64,000 bases of DNA. Source: a virus. Made by a program: the position numbers and the translations under genes. This document shows, one piece after another, positions 39,292 through 48,369 of the stretch (position 1 is its first letter; every line of letters starts with the position of its first letter). The DNA lies in IMG/VR virus record IMGVR_UViG_3300030419_004788, positions 58,977-122,976 of that record, one strand, 5' to 3'. The notes under the pieces were generated by a model. That model saw only the letters and a list, made by a program, of their open reading frames with translations, did no database searches and had not been told where the DNA came from.

Positions 39292-40179
39292 TTATTCATT
39301 TGCTAACTTTTCAAAGTAAGAAAGAGCATCTGTTTCTTCTGTATCTTCCCCACCAAATGCTTTTTCTGCTCTGGCAGCACCGTCATCTTCAGATTCACTA
39401 ATGGTTTCAGCAGTAGTAGATGTGGCTTGAGTTGTCTGACGAATATCAGCACCAAGAACAGCATCTCGTTTTGTCTTTAATTCGTCATACGACTTAAAGT
39501 TTTTAGGGTCTGTAAATTCAGAAAGTGCATATTGAGTCTTCCAAAGTTCTTCTAACTTCGCATCATCACCATCAAGCAATGCGGAAGTAGATTCAAATTC
39601 ACTCTTATCATAGTTAATAAAACCTGCAACCTTACGAACCTTTAGTTTGAAGTTTGCACCACTCCAGAAATCGAATGGGTTGATTGCATCTTCATCAGCA
39701 AATTCTGGGTTCATCACATCGTTGATTTTATCAAAAATCTTCTTACCATATTTGTAAAGGAAAACCTTACCTTCGTTTTGAGGATTGGCAGGGTCACTTA
39801 CAATCATAATGTTTGAAGTGTAGTGCAAACGGCGTTTACGACTCCTTGCAATATCCTTATCCTTTTCAATTCCACTATTCCAGAGTTCACTGTTTGCTTC
39901 GCATATAGGGCACTTTTGACCAATAGTTGTAGGACAATTTTCAATAAACCATCCACCCTTGCCTTGGAAACCGTGTGAATAATACTTTGCCCATGGCAAG
40001 TCTTCACCGTCTGGTGCGGGAAGGAATCTAATTACAGCATAACCGTTACTAGCCTTGTCCAACTCTGGACGCCAGAAACGGTCATCGGTATATGATTCTT
40101 TCTTGTTTGTTTCTTCAATCTTCTTAGTCAACTCATTAATACTTGACTGAGAACGCTTCTTAAAATCTGCAAATGACAT
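39292..40179 (-). CDS. gp32: Single-stranded DNA-binding protein gp32
   Basis: DDRFWRPELDKASNGYAVIRFLPAP...YSHGFQGKGGWFIENCPTTIGQKCPICE...GKVFLYKYGKKIFDKI...FDFWSGANFKLK; acidic tail. Confidence 0.97.
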   Translation of the reverse strand: MSFADFKKRSQSSINELTKKIEETNKKESYTDDRFWRPELDKASNGYAVIRFLPAPDGEDLPWAKYYSHGFQGKGGWFIENCPTTIGQKCPICEANSELWNSGIEKDKDIARSRKRRLHYTSNIMIVSDPANPQNEGKVFLYKYGKKIFDKINDVMNPEFADEDAINPFDFWSGANFKLKVRKVAGFINYDKSEFESTSALLDGDDAKLEELWKTQYALSEFTDPKNFKSYDELKTKRDAVLGADIRQTTQATSTTAETISESEDDGAARAEKAFGGEDTEETDALSYFEKLANE

Positions 40180-40297
40180 ATAAAATGCTCCTTATTTTGC
40201 TACTCATGGGACTACCATGTTCTAATACTCGATTGGGAACTACCCAACCACAATTACTATATGTATATAATACTACAAACCTACTAATAGTCAAACA

Positions 40298-40525
40298 TTA
40301 AACTGGTAATTTAGAAGTATTTTTAGAGAACATATTATATTCTCTGCCTTCTTCTTCTATTTTTTCAATAATTGGCTTTGTTAGAAATTTTGATGCGGCT
40401 TGTGGCTCTATCTCATATTCTTCACATGCCATAATGACTGCTTCTATATAGCCACTTCCATCACCTAAAACTATTTTTTCTATTCTTTTCAGAAATTCTG
40501 CTTGTGTTTTTTCGCTAAATAACAT
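40298..40525 (-). CDS. gp33: Late transcription coactivator gp33
   Basis: FLKRIEKIV...YIEAVIMACEEYEIEP...KPIIEKIEEE; adjacent to gp32. Confidence 0.8.
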   Translation of the reverse strand: MLFSEKTQAEFLKRIEKIVLGDGSGYIEAVIMACEEYEIEPQAASKFLTKPIIEKIEEEGREYNMFSKNTSKLPV

Positions 40526-40639
40526 GTAAGATTCCTTTTCATAATATACAAATTCCGTGTAAGATATTTATTATATATAGTATAATACGATTATTATATA
40601 AATCAAGAAGAAACTTGATACTTTGGAGATTTTTCAAAC

Positions 40640-42064
40640 ATGGCAGATATAACAGACAATATTATAATTAACACTACAGGTGATACCGCATCAATGGCAA
40701 CCGACTATGGAAATGCGGGGACTGGTTTTACAAACTCCCACATTCCCATCTCGAAAATTGCATGGGGAGATATAGACAACGGATATAGGACTTCTCTTAC
40801 AAATCCACTTCCAGCCCAAATAGCAGGTCAAACTGGACCAATAGATGTAAATCTTGTCGGTTCAACTGGTGCAACCGCTAATATAAAAATACAGAACTAT
40901 GGTTCTCTTGGTGTTGCTAGTAGTTTAGAGTATGTTGCAGTTTCAGGAAACACTGCCGGTACTCAAGCAGTCGGTATATCTGGTTGGATTCAAGGTGTAA
41001 CAAATGGAATTCCTGTAATTATTGCAACAACTGGACCAGCAAATGGAGATTATTCAACAGGTATTCATTTAAGAGGTGCAATGGCAAGTGATGGTGCAGG
41101 AACAACACTTGGTGGTACATTTGGTACTGCGTTAGGTATTCTTGTACAAGGAACTTCAGCAGGTGCAACAGCAACAGTTGCAGGAGAAGTATTTCCCGGA
41201 TATGGATTCGGTGTTCCAATCGCAACCACAGCAGGGCGAAGACTCAGCAAAGATACAGACACTATAACTGTAACTGGTGATGTTGGAACTAGTCGTAGTT
41301 GGACAACTTCTTCTGCAACAGATTCCATTTCTGTATTTGGTGCAGACCAAACACAATACATTCGTGCTAATCTTTATAATGGAACAGGTGGTGCAAGTTG
41401 TGGATTCTCTGGAGATGCACTTAAAGTCGCAGTAGTTAATGGTGGAATCACATTTAGTGTAACTATCGGTTCTACTTATGATTTGGGTGTAACAAATGGT
41501 TCAGCAGGAGCATTACGGATTCAAGGACCTACTGGTTCATATGGTGATGCAATTACAGTTCGTGGTGAACAAGCAGGTGCTGTAGATGTTGTTTCTACCG
41601 CAGGACTCTCAACCACAGTATCTGGAACAGTCACTATTGACGATGATGACATCCTACAAGAACTCAAAGGAACAACTGGTGAACTTATTGGTGGGTTGAT
41701 AAACATCAAAAAGGGAACAGACCAAATATCTGCCATCCGTACAGATTTAAAGAGTGGTAGTGTAAGGACTACGGTTTCTTCTATAACAAAACCAGAAAAT
41801 CTTAGAGCAGGAAACAAAAAGGTACTCAATGATGCAACAAGCATTCATAAAGGAACAGAACTATTAACTGGAGTAACGATTAAAAACTTGGTAACAAGTG
41901 ATACAGATGTTTATATCGGTTCATCTTCACTGGTATCAAATCCAACAATGGGATATTTATTAGAGCCAGGAGAAAGCATCTACCTAGAAATTAATAATTT
42001 AAACAAGATATATTGCAGGAAAGATGGCGAACAATCGGCAACACTACACTATATTGGAACTTGA
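40640..42064 (+). CDS. Gly/Thr-rich putative virion protein, 474 aa
   Basis: GxT-rich like the tail proteins; C-terminal VTIKN...VYIG...GYLLEPGESIYLEINNLNKIY domain. Confidence 0.55.
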   Translation: MADITDNIIINTTGDTASMATDYGNAGTGFTNSHIPISKIAWGDIDNGYRTSLTNPLPAQIAGQTGPIDVNLVGSTGATANIKIQNYGSLGVASSLEYVAVSGNTAGTQAVGISGWIQGVTNGIPVIIATTGPANGDYSTGIHLRGAMASDGAGTTLGGTFGTALGILVQGTSAGATATVAGEVFPGYGFGVPIATTAGRRLSKDTDTITVTGDVGTSRSWTTSSATDSISVFGADQTQYIRANLYNGTGGASCGFSGDALKVAVVNGGITFSVTIGSTYDLGVTNGSAGALRIQGPTGSYGDAITVRGEQAGAVDVVSTAGLSTTVSGTVTIDDDDILQELKGTTGELIGGLINIKKGTDQISAIRTDLKSGSVRTTVSSITKPENLRAGNKKVLNDATSIHKGTELLTGVTIKNLVTSDTDVYIGSSSLVSNPTMGYLLEPGESIYLEINNLNKIYCRKDGEQSATLHYIGT

Positions 42065-42071
42065 TTGAAAC

Positions 42072-43985
42072 ATGGCATTTCGTACTCGTAGAAATTCTAG
42101 ACGAAGAACTAAAAAACCAATAGAACAAAAGAAATTGGTTGGTGAGGGATTCTTTATAGGTTTAGATTTTGTCACTAGAATATCTGAAATCGTTGATAGC
42201 GTAGAATCTTTTGCAGTTAATCCTAATATTCTTTTTAAGGGTGATAGTGTTTTAGTGGACTATGGTGATGCACTAAAAGGAAAAAAGAGGATTAGGGATG
42301 AAATTCAAACCTTCTTTGAAGCAACCGCAGTTAAGGGAGATACACTTACATGTACCAATGGTGAGTTTCTTGACGAAAGAACTGGTGACCCAACAACATA
42401 TAATTTGTCTGGTACTTACACATTAGTAAGTTTTAATCCTAACACACTTATAGCATTACTTACTAAAGTTTCTGTAAATAATGAAAGTTCGACATACTCT
42501 AGATATGACAAAGACTTTTTCATCAATGGTTCTTTACAATGGACCACATCGTCAAGCACACAAGAAAACAAAACAGAACAAATCAACTCGTTGGTTAATC
42601 GTATTGGTAAACATTCTGTAAACTCTTTTTATTCTATATTTAAAAGAATTCTACCAAACGACACATTAGATATTAAAATAGGAAGCAACATATCTTCTTA
42701 TACAGTTTCTTCATACTATGTCGATGCAGAAAATATGGAACATATAGAATTGGTTGAAGATGTCCCCACAGATACCACTTTATTTGGCAGTGAAGTATTT
42801 GTCATATTAAGAAGAAAAGAAATAGAGGAAAGTAGAAATCCTTCACTTCCACCACAAGTTGGTGTAGGCATGGGTGGTGGTAGTGAATCTATGCTACCAG
42901 ATTCACCATCACGAACAACTTCTGTTTGGGTTTGTTGTAATCCTACTGGCTCTCCTGCCGGACATTGTGTTACTGACAAAACATTTAATGAAGACGACTG
43001 TATTGGAGAGGGGGGAACTTGGACAGAAAGTAATTGGTTGGGTTGCAACCAGGCAGGTATATGTGAAGGGGAAGTTGAAACAGCAGTCCCGAACCAAAAC
43101 GAAGTATTAGATTTGGTAAAATCTGCACAGGAAACACTCACTCATTTACAGAATAGAAACTCCACACTTCCAAGAACATCTACTGCTAATAGTTCTATGT
43201 TATCAAATCTTCAGACTGCAAAAGAGAAATGGCAACAGTCTGGAAAGAAAACACTTAATGTTTCTATAGAAACAGATAGTAAAGGTACTTGGTCATATGT
43301 AATTAACGGAAAAACAAAACCCACACTAGAATTAGATGCAGGTAAAACCTACAGGTTTAACATTTCTCATATATCAAATGGTATAAAAGGATTTACAAAC
43401 ATGTCCCATGAGTTTACTATTGTAGGGGAAAATGGCGAAAATCTTGCAGGGAATCACACATACTCTACATCAAAGATGGGAAGCAGAGGAGCATATGTTT
43501 ATTTCACAATACCAACAAATAGAATTACTTTAAAATATATGTGCAAAGAAAGAACTGTAGAAGGTAGTACAATAAAAGTTATTATGACCAGAGAACAGAA
43601 AAGACAAATTTCATATAAACCGACAGCGGCGCCATCACATCCAGGCTGGGTTTGTTGTCATGACGATGGTCAAGGTGGCTCTTATTGTGATACTGACTTA
43701 TCAGTAAATAAATCGGACTGTAGTGGAATGGGAGGGCGTTGGGTTCAAGGGCATTGCAACATTGGATGTCCTTGTTGTGCAGAACCAGAACAAAAAACAG
43801 CAGAACAAATTTGCAATGAGAATCCAAATACACACTGGATGGCTGGTACAAACGGAAACTCAGGTTATTGTATGCAAGGTGCTTCCCACTCAACTACCAC
43901 ACAAACAAATACAAGTAGTACAAGTAATGGAACAAGTACAAGTGGTGGAACAAGTACAAGTGGTGGAATGAGTTCTGGATATTAA
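42072..43985 (+). CDS. Protein with Cys-rich WVCC modules and a cupredoxin-like beta domain, 637 aa
   Basis: YVINGKTKPTLELDAGKTYRFN...HEFTI...GAYVYFTIP...LKYMC; two WVCC..C..GG.W modules; Ser/Thr/Gly tail. Confidence 0.55.
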   Translation: MAFRTRRNSRRRTKKPIEQKKLVGEGFFIGLDFVTRISEIVDSVESFAVNPNILFKGDSVLVDYGDALKGKKRIRDEIQTFFEATAVKGDTLTCTNGEFLDERTGDPTTYNLSGTYTLVSFNPNTLIALLTKVSVNNESSTYSRYDKDFFINGSLQWTTSSSTQENKTEQINSLVNRIGKHSVNSFYSIFKRILPNDTLDIKIGSNISSYTVSSYYVDAENMEHIELVEDVPTDTTLFGSEVFVILRRKEIEESRNPSLPPQVGVGMGGGSESMLPDSPSRTTSVWVCCNPTGSPAGHCVTDKTFNEDDCIGEGGTWTESNWLGCNQAGICEGEVETAVPNQNEVLDLVKSAQETLTHLQNRNSTLPRTSTANSSMLSNLQTAKEKWQQSGKKTLNVSIETDSKGTWSYVINGKTKPTLELDAGKTYRFNISHISNGIKGFTNMSHEFTIVGENGENLAGNHTYSTSKMGSRGAYVYFTIPTNRITLKYMCKERTVEGSTIKVIMTREQKRQISYKPTAAPSHPGWVCCHDDGQGGSYCDTDLSVNKSDCSGMGGRWVQGHCNIGCPCCAEPEQKTAEQICNENPNTHWMAGTNGNSGYCMQGASHSTTTQTNTSSTSNGTSTSGGTSTSGGMSSGY

Positions 43986-44197
43986 TCGAATAAAGTTTTA
44001 CTAGATGTTGGGTCAGTTTCGTATAGCATTTTAGAAACTTCACTCACAGAATGCCAATCTATTGAACCATCTTCATATTTAATTTTTACAGATTCGGTAG
44101 TTCCGTCTTCTGTGCTTTCTGCGGCGTCAACTACTTCGCCCATCTTTCCACTGCCTCGATGTACTACCGATTCTCCTAAATCATATGTTTCATTCAT
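43982..44197 (-). CDS. Small hypothetical protein (SH3/KOW-like beta fold possible)
   Basis: MNETYDLGESVVHRGSGKMGEVV...VKIKYEDG; start taken at the ATG after AAGGAAAG. Confidence 0.5.
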   Translation of the reverse strand: MNETYDLGESVVHRGSGKMGEVVDAAESTEDGTTESVKIKYEDGSIDWHSVSEVSKMLYETDPTSSKTLFD

Positions 44198-44555
44198 TGT
44201 TTTCTTTCCTTTCGTTTGATATACTATGTAGTGTTTCGGATGCAATTTCTTCCATTGCTTTATTAATTTCACTATCCATCATGATAGCACGGCCGTTCTT
44301 TGTTTTATAAACTGACTCTGTTCTTTTTATTTCGTGATTTTCTGAGGTAGCATAATCAATCCAAGTATTCCAAAACTCCCTTGCAAGGTCAATATTTACG
44401 ATACCTCTGATATCTTGATATTTAACTTCTTTGCCAGTTTCTAAATCATATACATTAATACCCACGACATTCTTTCCATCATGACCAGTTCTTTTCTTTG
44501 ATACTACTCCGAATATCGTCAAGGTATCGTCTATTTCAAGAAGATGTATTTTCAT
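44190..44555 (-). CDS. Hypothetical protein, ARxxW family
   Basis: ORF track; motif IDLAREFW. Confidence 0.6.
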   Translation of the reverse strand: MKIHLLEIDDTLTIFGVVSKKRTGHDGKNVVGINVYDLETGKEVKYQDIRGIVNIDLAREFWNTWIDYATSENHEIKRTESVYKTKNGRAIMMDSEINKAMEEIASETLHSISNERKENNE

Positions 44556-45090
44556 TTACAAGAACACCATTAGGAACAACAACATTACCAGATTCAATAC
44601 AATCAAGTAATTTCTTGCGAACTTCTTCCTGTCCTTCTTCTGTAGACATATCTGGTTTTTTATCCCACTCCCTTTCAACATAAGGAACTTCAAATTCACT
44701 CATAACATATGCAAGTGAAAGTGCTTCTGCACTTGCCCAAGATACATCATATTCCTCATAGAGTTTATGAAACAACACAGTCATATACTGTGCCTTTGCT
44801 TCTGTCATCTTTGGTTCTTCCCATGAAAAAGTATGGAAGCCGTTTGGACTTGAGAATCCCCACAACTTCTCTATACGAACACAGTCATCGCCAAACTTGA
44901 CGAAGTAACCTTTGTCATCACGGATTTCTTCTGCCCAATCGCCATCTTTGTCATATCCGTTTTCCATCATAACGGATACGGTGATGTTATTTTCTTTCAA
45001 GTAGGAATCTACTTCCTCTTGAGTCATACCGCATAGTCTTGATTTTTCTGTCATATTACCTTCTTCGTCTTGTTGCACTAATACCTGCAA
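44536..45090 (-). CDS. Hypothetical protein (start probably MTEKSR)
   Basis: ORF track; codon usage and packing like its neighbours. Confidence 0.6.
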   Translation of the reverse strand: MQVLVQQDEEGNMTEKSRLCGMTQEEVDSYLKENNITVSVMMENGYDKDGDWAEEIRDDKGYFVKFGDDCVRIEKLWGFSSPNGFHTFSWEEPKMTEAKAQYMTVLFHKLYEEYDVSWASAEALSLAYVMSEFEVPYVEREWDKKPDMSTEEGQEEVRKKLLDCIESGNVVVPNGVLVNENTSS

Positions 45091-45466
45091 TACCCATCAA
45101 TGCAATTGCGCCAGGCGCTGGAACATTAACAGGAGTAATGATTTTAAAATATTCTCCGTAATTATCAGAAGAAATAAATCCTGTTCCGTATTCATATCCG
45201 CCATCTACGGTGAATTCAAATGTTGTTAATGTGGCAGGTTCTAAATCAATATCATCCACCACAAAGAAGTCATTCAACTCAAAGTAGTCAATATTTGTAC
45301 TTGACCAAAAAGCATTTAGAATATCATACTCAAAGAAATTGGCTTCTTCGTAATAGTTTACTTTGATTCTTGCAGACCAATCTTCTGTATGAATCCATTG
45401 CGTGTCTGTATAAGTCGGAAAGTCTGTAAGACTTGCAACTACGGTAAGTGTTAGTGCTTCAATCAT
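45056..45466 (-). CDS. PEP-CTERM-type sorting-domain protein, 136 aa
   Basis: C-terminus VPAPGAIALMGIAGISATRRRR; hydrophobic N-terminus; beta-rich acidic core. Confidence 0.8.
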   Translation of the reverse strand: MIEALTLTVVASLTDFPTYTDTQWIHTEDWSARIKVNYYEEANFFEYDILNAFWSSTNIDYFELNDFFVVDDIDLEPATLTTFEFTVDGGYEYGTGFISSDNYGEYFKIITPVNVPAPGAIALMGIAGISATRRRR

Positions 45467-45472
45467 GAGTAT

Positions 45473-45500
45473 ATTGTACCAAAATTAAAAAGGATGTCAA
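45473..45500 (-). promoter_or_regulatory. Sigma70-type promoter TTGACA-N16-TACAAT (extended -10), probably giving a leaderless mRNA
   Basis: Read directly; ATG lies 6 nt after the -10 hexamer. Confidence 0.75.
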
Positions 45501-45673
45501 ACGCCATATACTGCGAAATATGAAATAACTGCAATGAAAAACATACACTCAAGAGTAATCATGGCAACAGAAATCAACTTCACTCTGTGTTGTCTTTCTT
45601 TTTCCTGCCTCCATTCGGCAGTATTTTGTTTAGGCTTCTTAAACTCAGTGTATTGATAATTATCATTACTCAT
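45497..45673 (-). CDS. Small membrane protein, 58 aa
   Basis: Hand-translated MSNDNYQY...KLISVAMITLECMFFIAVISYFAVYGV; ATGA coupling to the upstream ORF. Confidence 0.5.
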   Translation of the reverse strand: MSNDNYQYTEFKKPKQNTAEWRQEKERQHRVKLISVAMITLECMFFIAVISYFAVYGV

Positions 45674-45813
45674 CTGATTTTACTGCCATTTCCTTTTTTA
45701 GATGTGCGGGAAGGAGCATTACCTTTCTTTCTAAAAATTTTAGAAGTTCTTGGTTTTCCAATCTTTACTCTATTTGCAACCGATGGGTCATATCCTGATT
45801 TTCTTTTTGCCAT
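45670..45813 (-). CDS. Small basic protein, 47 aa
   Basis: Hand-translated MAKRKSGYDPSVANRVKIGKPRTSK...; tightly coupled to its neighbours. Confidence 0.5.
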   Translation of the reverse strand: MAKRKSGYDPSVANRVKIGKPRTSKIFRKKGNAPSRTSKKGNGSKIR

Positions 45814-46151
45814 TAGTTATAGTCACCAATCTTTAAAGACTCTGCTCCAGGCATTGGCGCTCCACTGATTACACCAGACTTTTTAGGAACAACTAAACCA
45901 GAACCAAATGCTTCTTCATATTGTGATGCCATTTCATCTATAGGCGATACATTAAATACAACATATTTTTTTGAAATTTCAATTCCTTCTTTAAGGTTTG
46001 CATAAGGCAACCATTGACCAAAAGCAAGTTGGTCTTTACCCGCAGGAATAAGAATTGCAGGTTTATTTAATTTTACATGTGTGTCTGTTTCTTCTACCTT
46101 TGCAATTAATTCTTCACCAGATGTTAATCTTATAATTTTTACTTCACTCAT
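45813..46151 (-). CDS. Conserved T4-like phage protein (Sm-like fold possible)
   Basis: VKIIRLTSGEELIAKVEE...LNKPAILIP...FGQWLPY...YEEAFGSGLVVP. Confidence 0.7.
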   Translation of the reverse strand: MSEVKIIRLTSGEELIAKVEETDTHVKLNKPAILIPAGKDQLAFGQWLPYANLKEGIEISKKYVVFNVSPIDEMASQYEEAFGSGLVVPKKSGVISGAPMPGAESLKIGDYN

Positions 46152-46285
46152 TTCGACTTTCCTTTTTTCTTTTTAGGTTTCTTTTTTGTTTTGTTTTTAC
46201 CGAAAGCCCTTTCCCAGTTCTCGGCATATTTTTCTTGATTTACTGGACGGTATTTACTACCTTTACCTGCTTGTCCATCAACCAT
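46148..46285 (-). CDS. Small basic hypothetical protein, 45 aa
   Basis: MVDGQAGKGSKYRPVNQEKYAENWERAFG plus Lys-rich tail (3' part of the 93 aa track ORF). Confidence 0.55.
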   Translation of the reverse strand: MVDGQAGKGSKYRPVNQEKYAENWERAFGKNKTKKKPKKKKGKSK

Positions 46286-46454
46286 CCTCGCAACAATCCT
46301 GTGCTTCACCATCAAGGGAGTCAATCCATTGATTTGCAACACGAATATCTTCCATAACAGCATCGCACTCGCACCTATCCGCAGGTGTACATGTACAAGA
46401 TTCGTATAATAGTTTTGCTTTAAGACCACGAATCACTTGTTCATTTAGTTCCAT
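46278..46454 (-). CDS. Small acidic Cys-containing protein, 58 aa
   Basis: Hand-translated MELNEQVIRGLKAKLLYESCTCTPADRCEC...CCEDG; AAGGAG RBS; CATAAATA at 46486-46493. Confidence 0.55.
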   Translation of the reverse strand: MELNEQVIRGLKAKLLYESCTCTPADRCECDAVMEDIRVANQWIDSLDGEAQDCCEDG

Positions 46455-46484
46455 AACATTCTCCTTATAATATAAATGTCTATA

Positions 46485-46937
46485 TTATTTATGCTCATTT
46501 TTAAACCTATTCTCTAAAAGTGATGTTAATTTAGTTTCAAAATCAGAATTGTCGTATGCTCCTCTGCCCTTGTTGACAAGTCTGGTAGTTAGTGCAATGT
46601 TTTCTAAATGATAACCTTTACTACTATCCAATCTATCTACAGAAGGTGCGAAAGGAGAATGTGCCACAAACAAATCTTCTACCGACATATCAACACCTAA
46701 CCAATAACATTTTCCCTTTTGCTTTAACCATAATTTTTTTAAATCATCTTTTTCTATTGTAATTTCGTGTCTTCTGGTACTTTGATTTCCTTTACGAAGT
46801 CTACCAGAAAGTTTTGGATTGTTTTCAATTCTTGGTCCTGCGGCGCCATGTTTGGAAGACATGTTGGTATTGGTCCAAAGTCTTGTCCAATACTTTTTAT
46901 ATTTTTTATCTGTCACATATTTTGTATAATCATCCAT
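46485..46937 (-). CDS. HNH-like phage endonuclease-domain protein
   Basis: LKKLWLKQKGKCYWLG...PSVDRLDSSKGYHLENIAL...VN; start MDDYTK after AAGGA RBS. Confidence 0.65.
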   Translation of the reverse strand: MDDYTKYVTDKKYKKYWTRLWTNTNMSSKHGAAGPRIENNPKLSGRLRKGNQSTRRHEITIEKDDLKKLWLKQKGKCYWLGVDMSVEDLFVAHSPFAPSVDRLDSSKGYHLENIALTTRLVNKGRGAYDNSDFETKLTSLLENRFKNEHK

Positions 46938-46959
46938 GTTATATTTCCTTTTTCTATTA

Positions 46960-46987
46960 ATTATACCACAACATAAAAAGATGTCAA
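46960..46987 (-). promoter_or_regulatory. Sigma70-type promoter TTGACA-N16-TATAAT
   Basis: Perfect hexamers with TG extension. Confidence 0.8.
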
Positions 46988-46988
46988 A

Positions 46989-47500
46989 TAAAAAAGTCGG
47001 GTTTCGTGCCACGAACCTCTATACAGAGAACACTACTAACCGACTTTCTTATTCGTCCCCACTGCGAGGCCTCACAGTGTAAAATGGTAATGAATCTTAC
47101 ATCATCTTCACACCCGAAGGTGTCAACAAATGCCTCTACTTTTCCACAAGGACGGATGTTTACTTGGTGGTTCGGATACGGTTTGCAATTTTCACCATCG
47201 TCCGATTAATCCCTCAGGCGCGCGCTTGGGAAACTATCCATGCTTCTGCATCACCAAATTAATTGTCGAATCGGGGAAGGAGGAGTCCTTCATCTACTGT
47301 GGTGGCAGTGGAAGTGTCTTCCTTCCACTTCCCCAATTCAATTTATCACACTCCGACAGGATTCAGCATACCTGTAACTTTCGGGAACACTACTGGTTAT
47401 TCCTACTCGCACTACGGCTGTTCTAGTTATAAACTGCTACATCCATTTGGACATTCACACTCCACTACAGAGAACCGCATACTTTATTTCGCATAACAAA
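46989..47500 (-). ncRNA. Candidate large structured non-coding RNA (boundaries approximate)
   Basis: No credible CDS; GC richer than flanks; many hairpins, including ACACC-TTCG-GGTGT, GTGGAAG/CTTCCAC and CACTGTGAG/CTCGCAGTG; closing AAAGTCGG/CCGACTTT stem plus U-tract. Confidence 0.6.
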
Positions 47501-47656
47501 AATTATTCAGTCACGGAGTTAGTGCAGGTCATGACCCCTGCACAAAAATTATTCACTTTTCAAACCTAACTAAATTCTTGAATGGGCTTAATCACCGTAA
47601 GGTCTTCCCCCATCCAAGAGGAAATGAATGGAATCGTTAGATTCCAAAAGAATCGT

Positions 47657-47911
47657 TTACACGATTCCAGCACGGATGGCGAATGGGTTATCTGTGTAAC
47701 CGTGGAAATCCATCCCATAACAAGTTGTACCATTGTCAAGTGTGCGAGTAGTAACTTCCCAGTTGCCATACTTTTCTACTTGCTCTTTAATGTTGCTCAT
47801 TGTGGCACGAAGATTTTTAATACCAAATCTGCTATATGCTTGCTTTGGTGTAATGTCCCAACCTCGTGAAAGGTGATTCATCAATCGTGCTTTTTTTGTG
47901 TATACTGCCAT
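47657..47911 (-). CDS. Small helix-turn-helix protein
   Basis: MAVYTKKARLMNHLSRGWDITPKQAYSRFGIKNLRATMSNIK; start after CAGGAG. Confidence 0.65.
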   Translation of the reverse strand: MAVYTKKARLMNHLSRGWDITPKQAYSRFGIKNLRATMSNIKEQVEKYGNWEVTTRTLDNGTTCYGMDFHGYTDNPFAIRAGIV

Positions 47912-48024
47912 AGTCCTAAAACTCCTGTCTTTGCGGTTCTCACTGTTGAAGGATTTTGATGCACACCGCAATACATCTGTTCCTTAATTGTCATACAAGT
48001 ATTATACTTTATATTAGTCGCCAT

Positions 48025-48267
48025 TCAAGACTTTTTTTGTACGAAATCGTAAATTTTTTCTGCTTCAACTAAAATTTCTTCGTGTGTTGGAAATTCTGGT
48101 CGTAATGGAACTGGCGCCTCCGCAGTTACATTCTTGCATTCTAATTCTTGTTCTCGTTTCCATTCCTCAAACTGAAACCACATTTCGTGGTCGTTGTGGA
48201 ACTTGTCCATTAGTCTGTGTTGTGCTTCTTGATAAATGCTGTATCGTAGTTCGTAAGGGTTTGCCAT
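48025..48267 (-). CDS. Hypothetical protein, 80 aa
   Basis: AAGGAG RBS; promoter TTGACT-N16-TATAAT at 48335-48362. Confidence 0.7.
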   Translation of the reverse strand: MANPYELRYSIYQEAQHRLMDKFHNDHEMWFQFEEWKREQELECKNVTAEAPVPLRPEFPTHEEILVEAEKIYDFVQKKS

Positions 48268-48369
48268 AATAATTCTCCTTGTGTGTATGTGTGGCTTTTC
48301 TTTGATGACACTGTATCATCTACTTACATATGTAATTATATACCATAATGAATGAAAGTCAAGTAAAAA

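Noticed and set aside
46485-47500. HEARO/OMEGA (IscB)-type RNA-guided nuclease formed by the ncRNA plus the adjacent HNH gene
   Set aside because: The protein is only about 150 aa with no RuvC or PLMP motifs, and a U-tract terminator plus a separate perfect promoter lie between the RNA and the gene.
46989-47560. tmRNA, RNase P RNA, group I/II intron or tRNA identity for the structured region
   Set aside because: No tRNA-like GGGG...TCCACCA ends, no GAGGAAAGTCC, no recognisable group II domain V, and no interrupted host gene.
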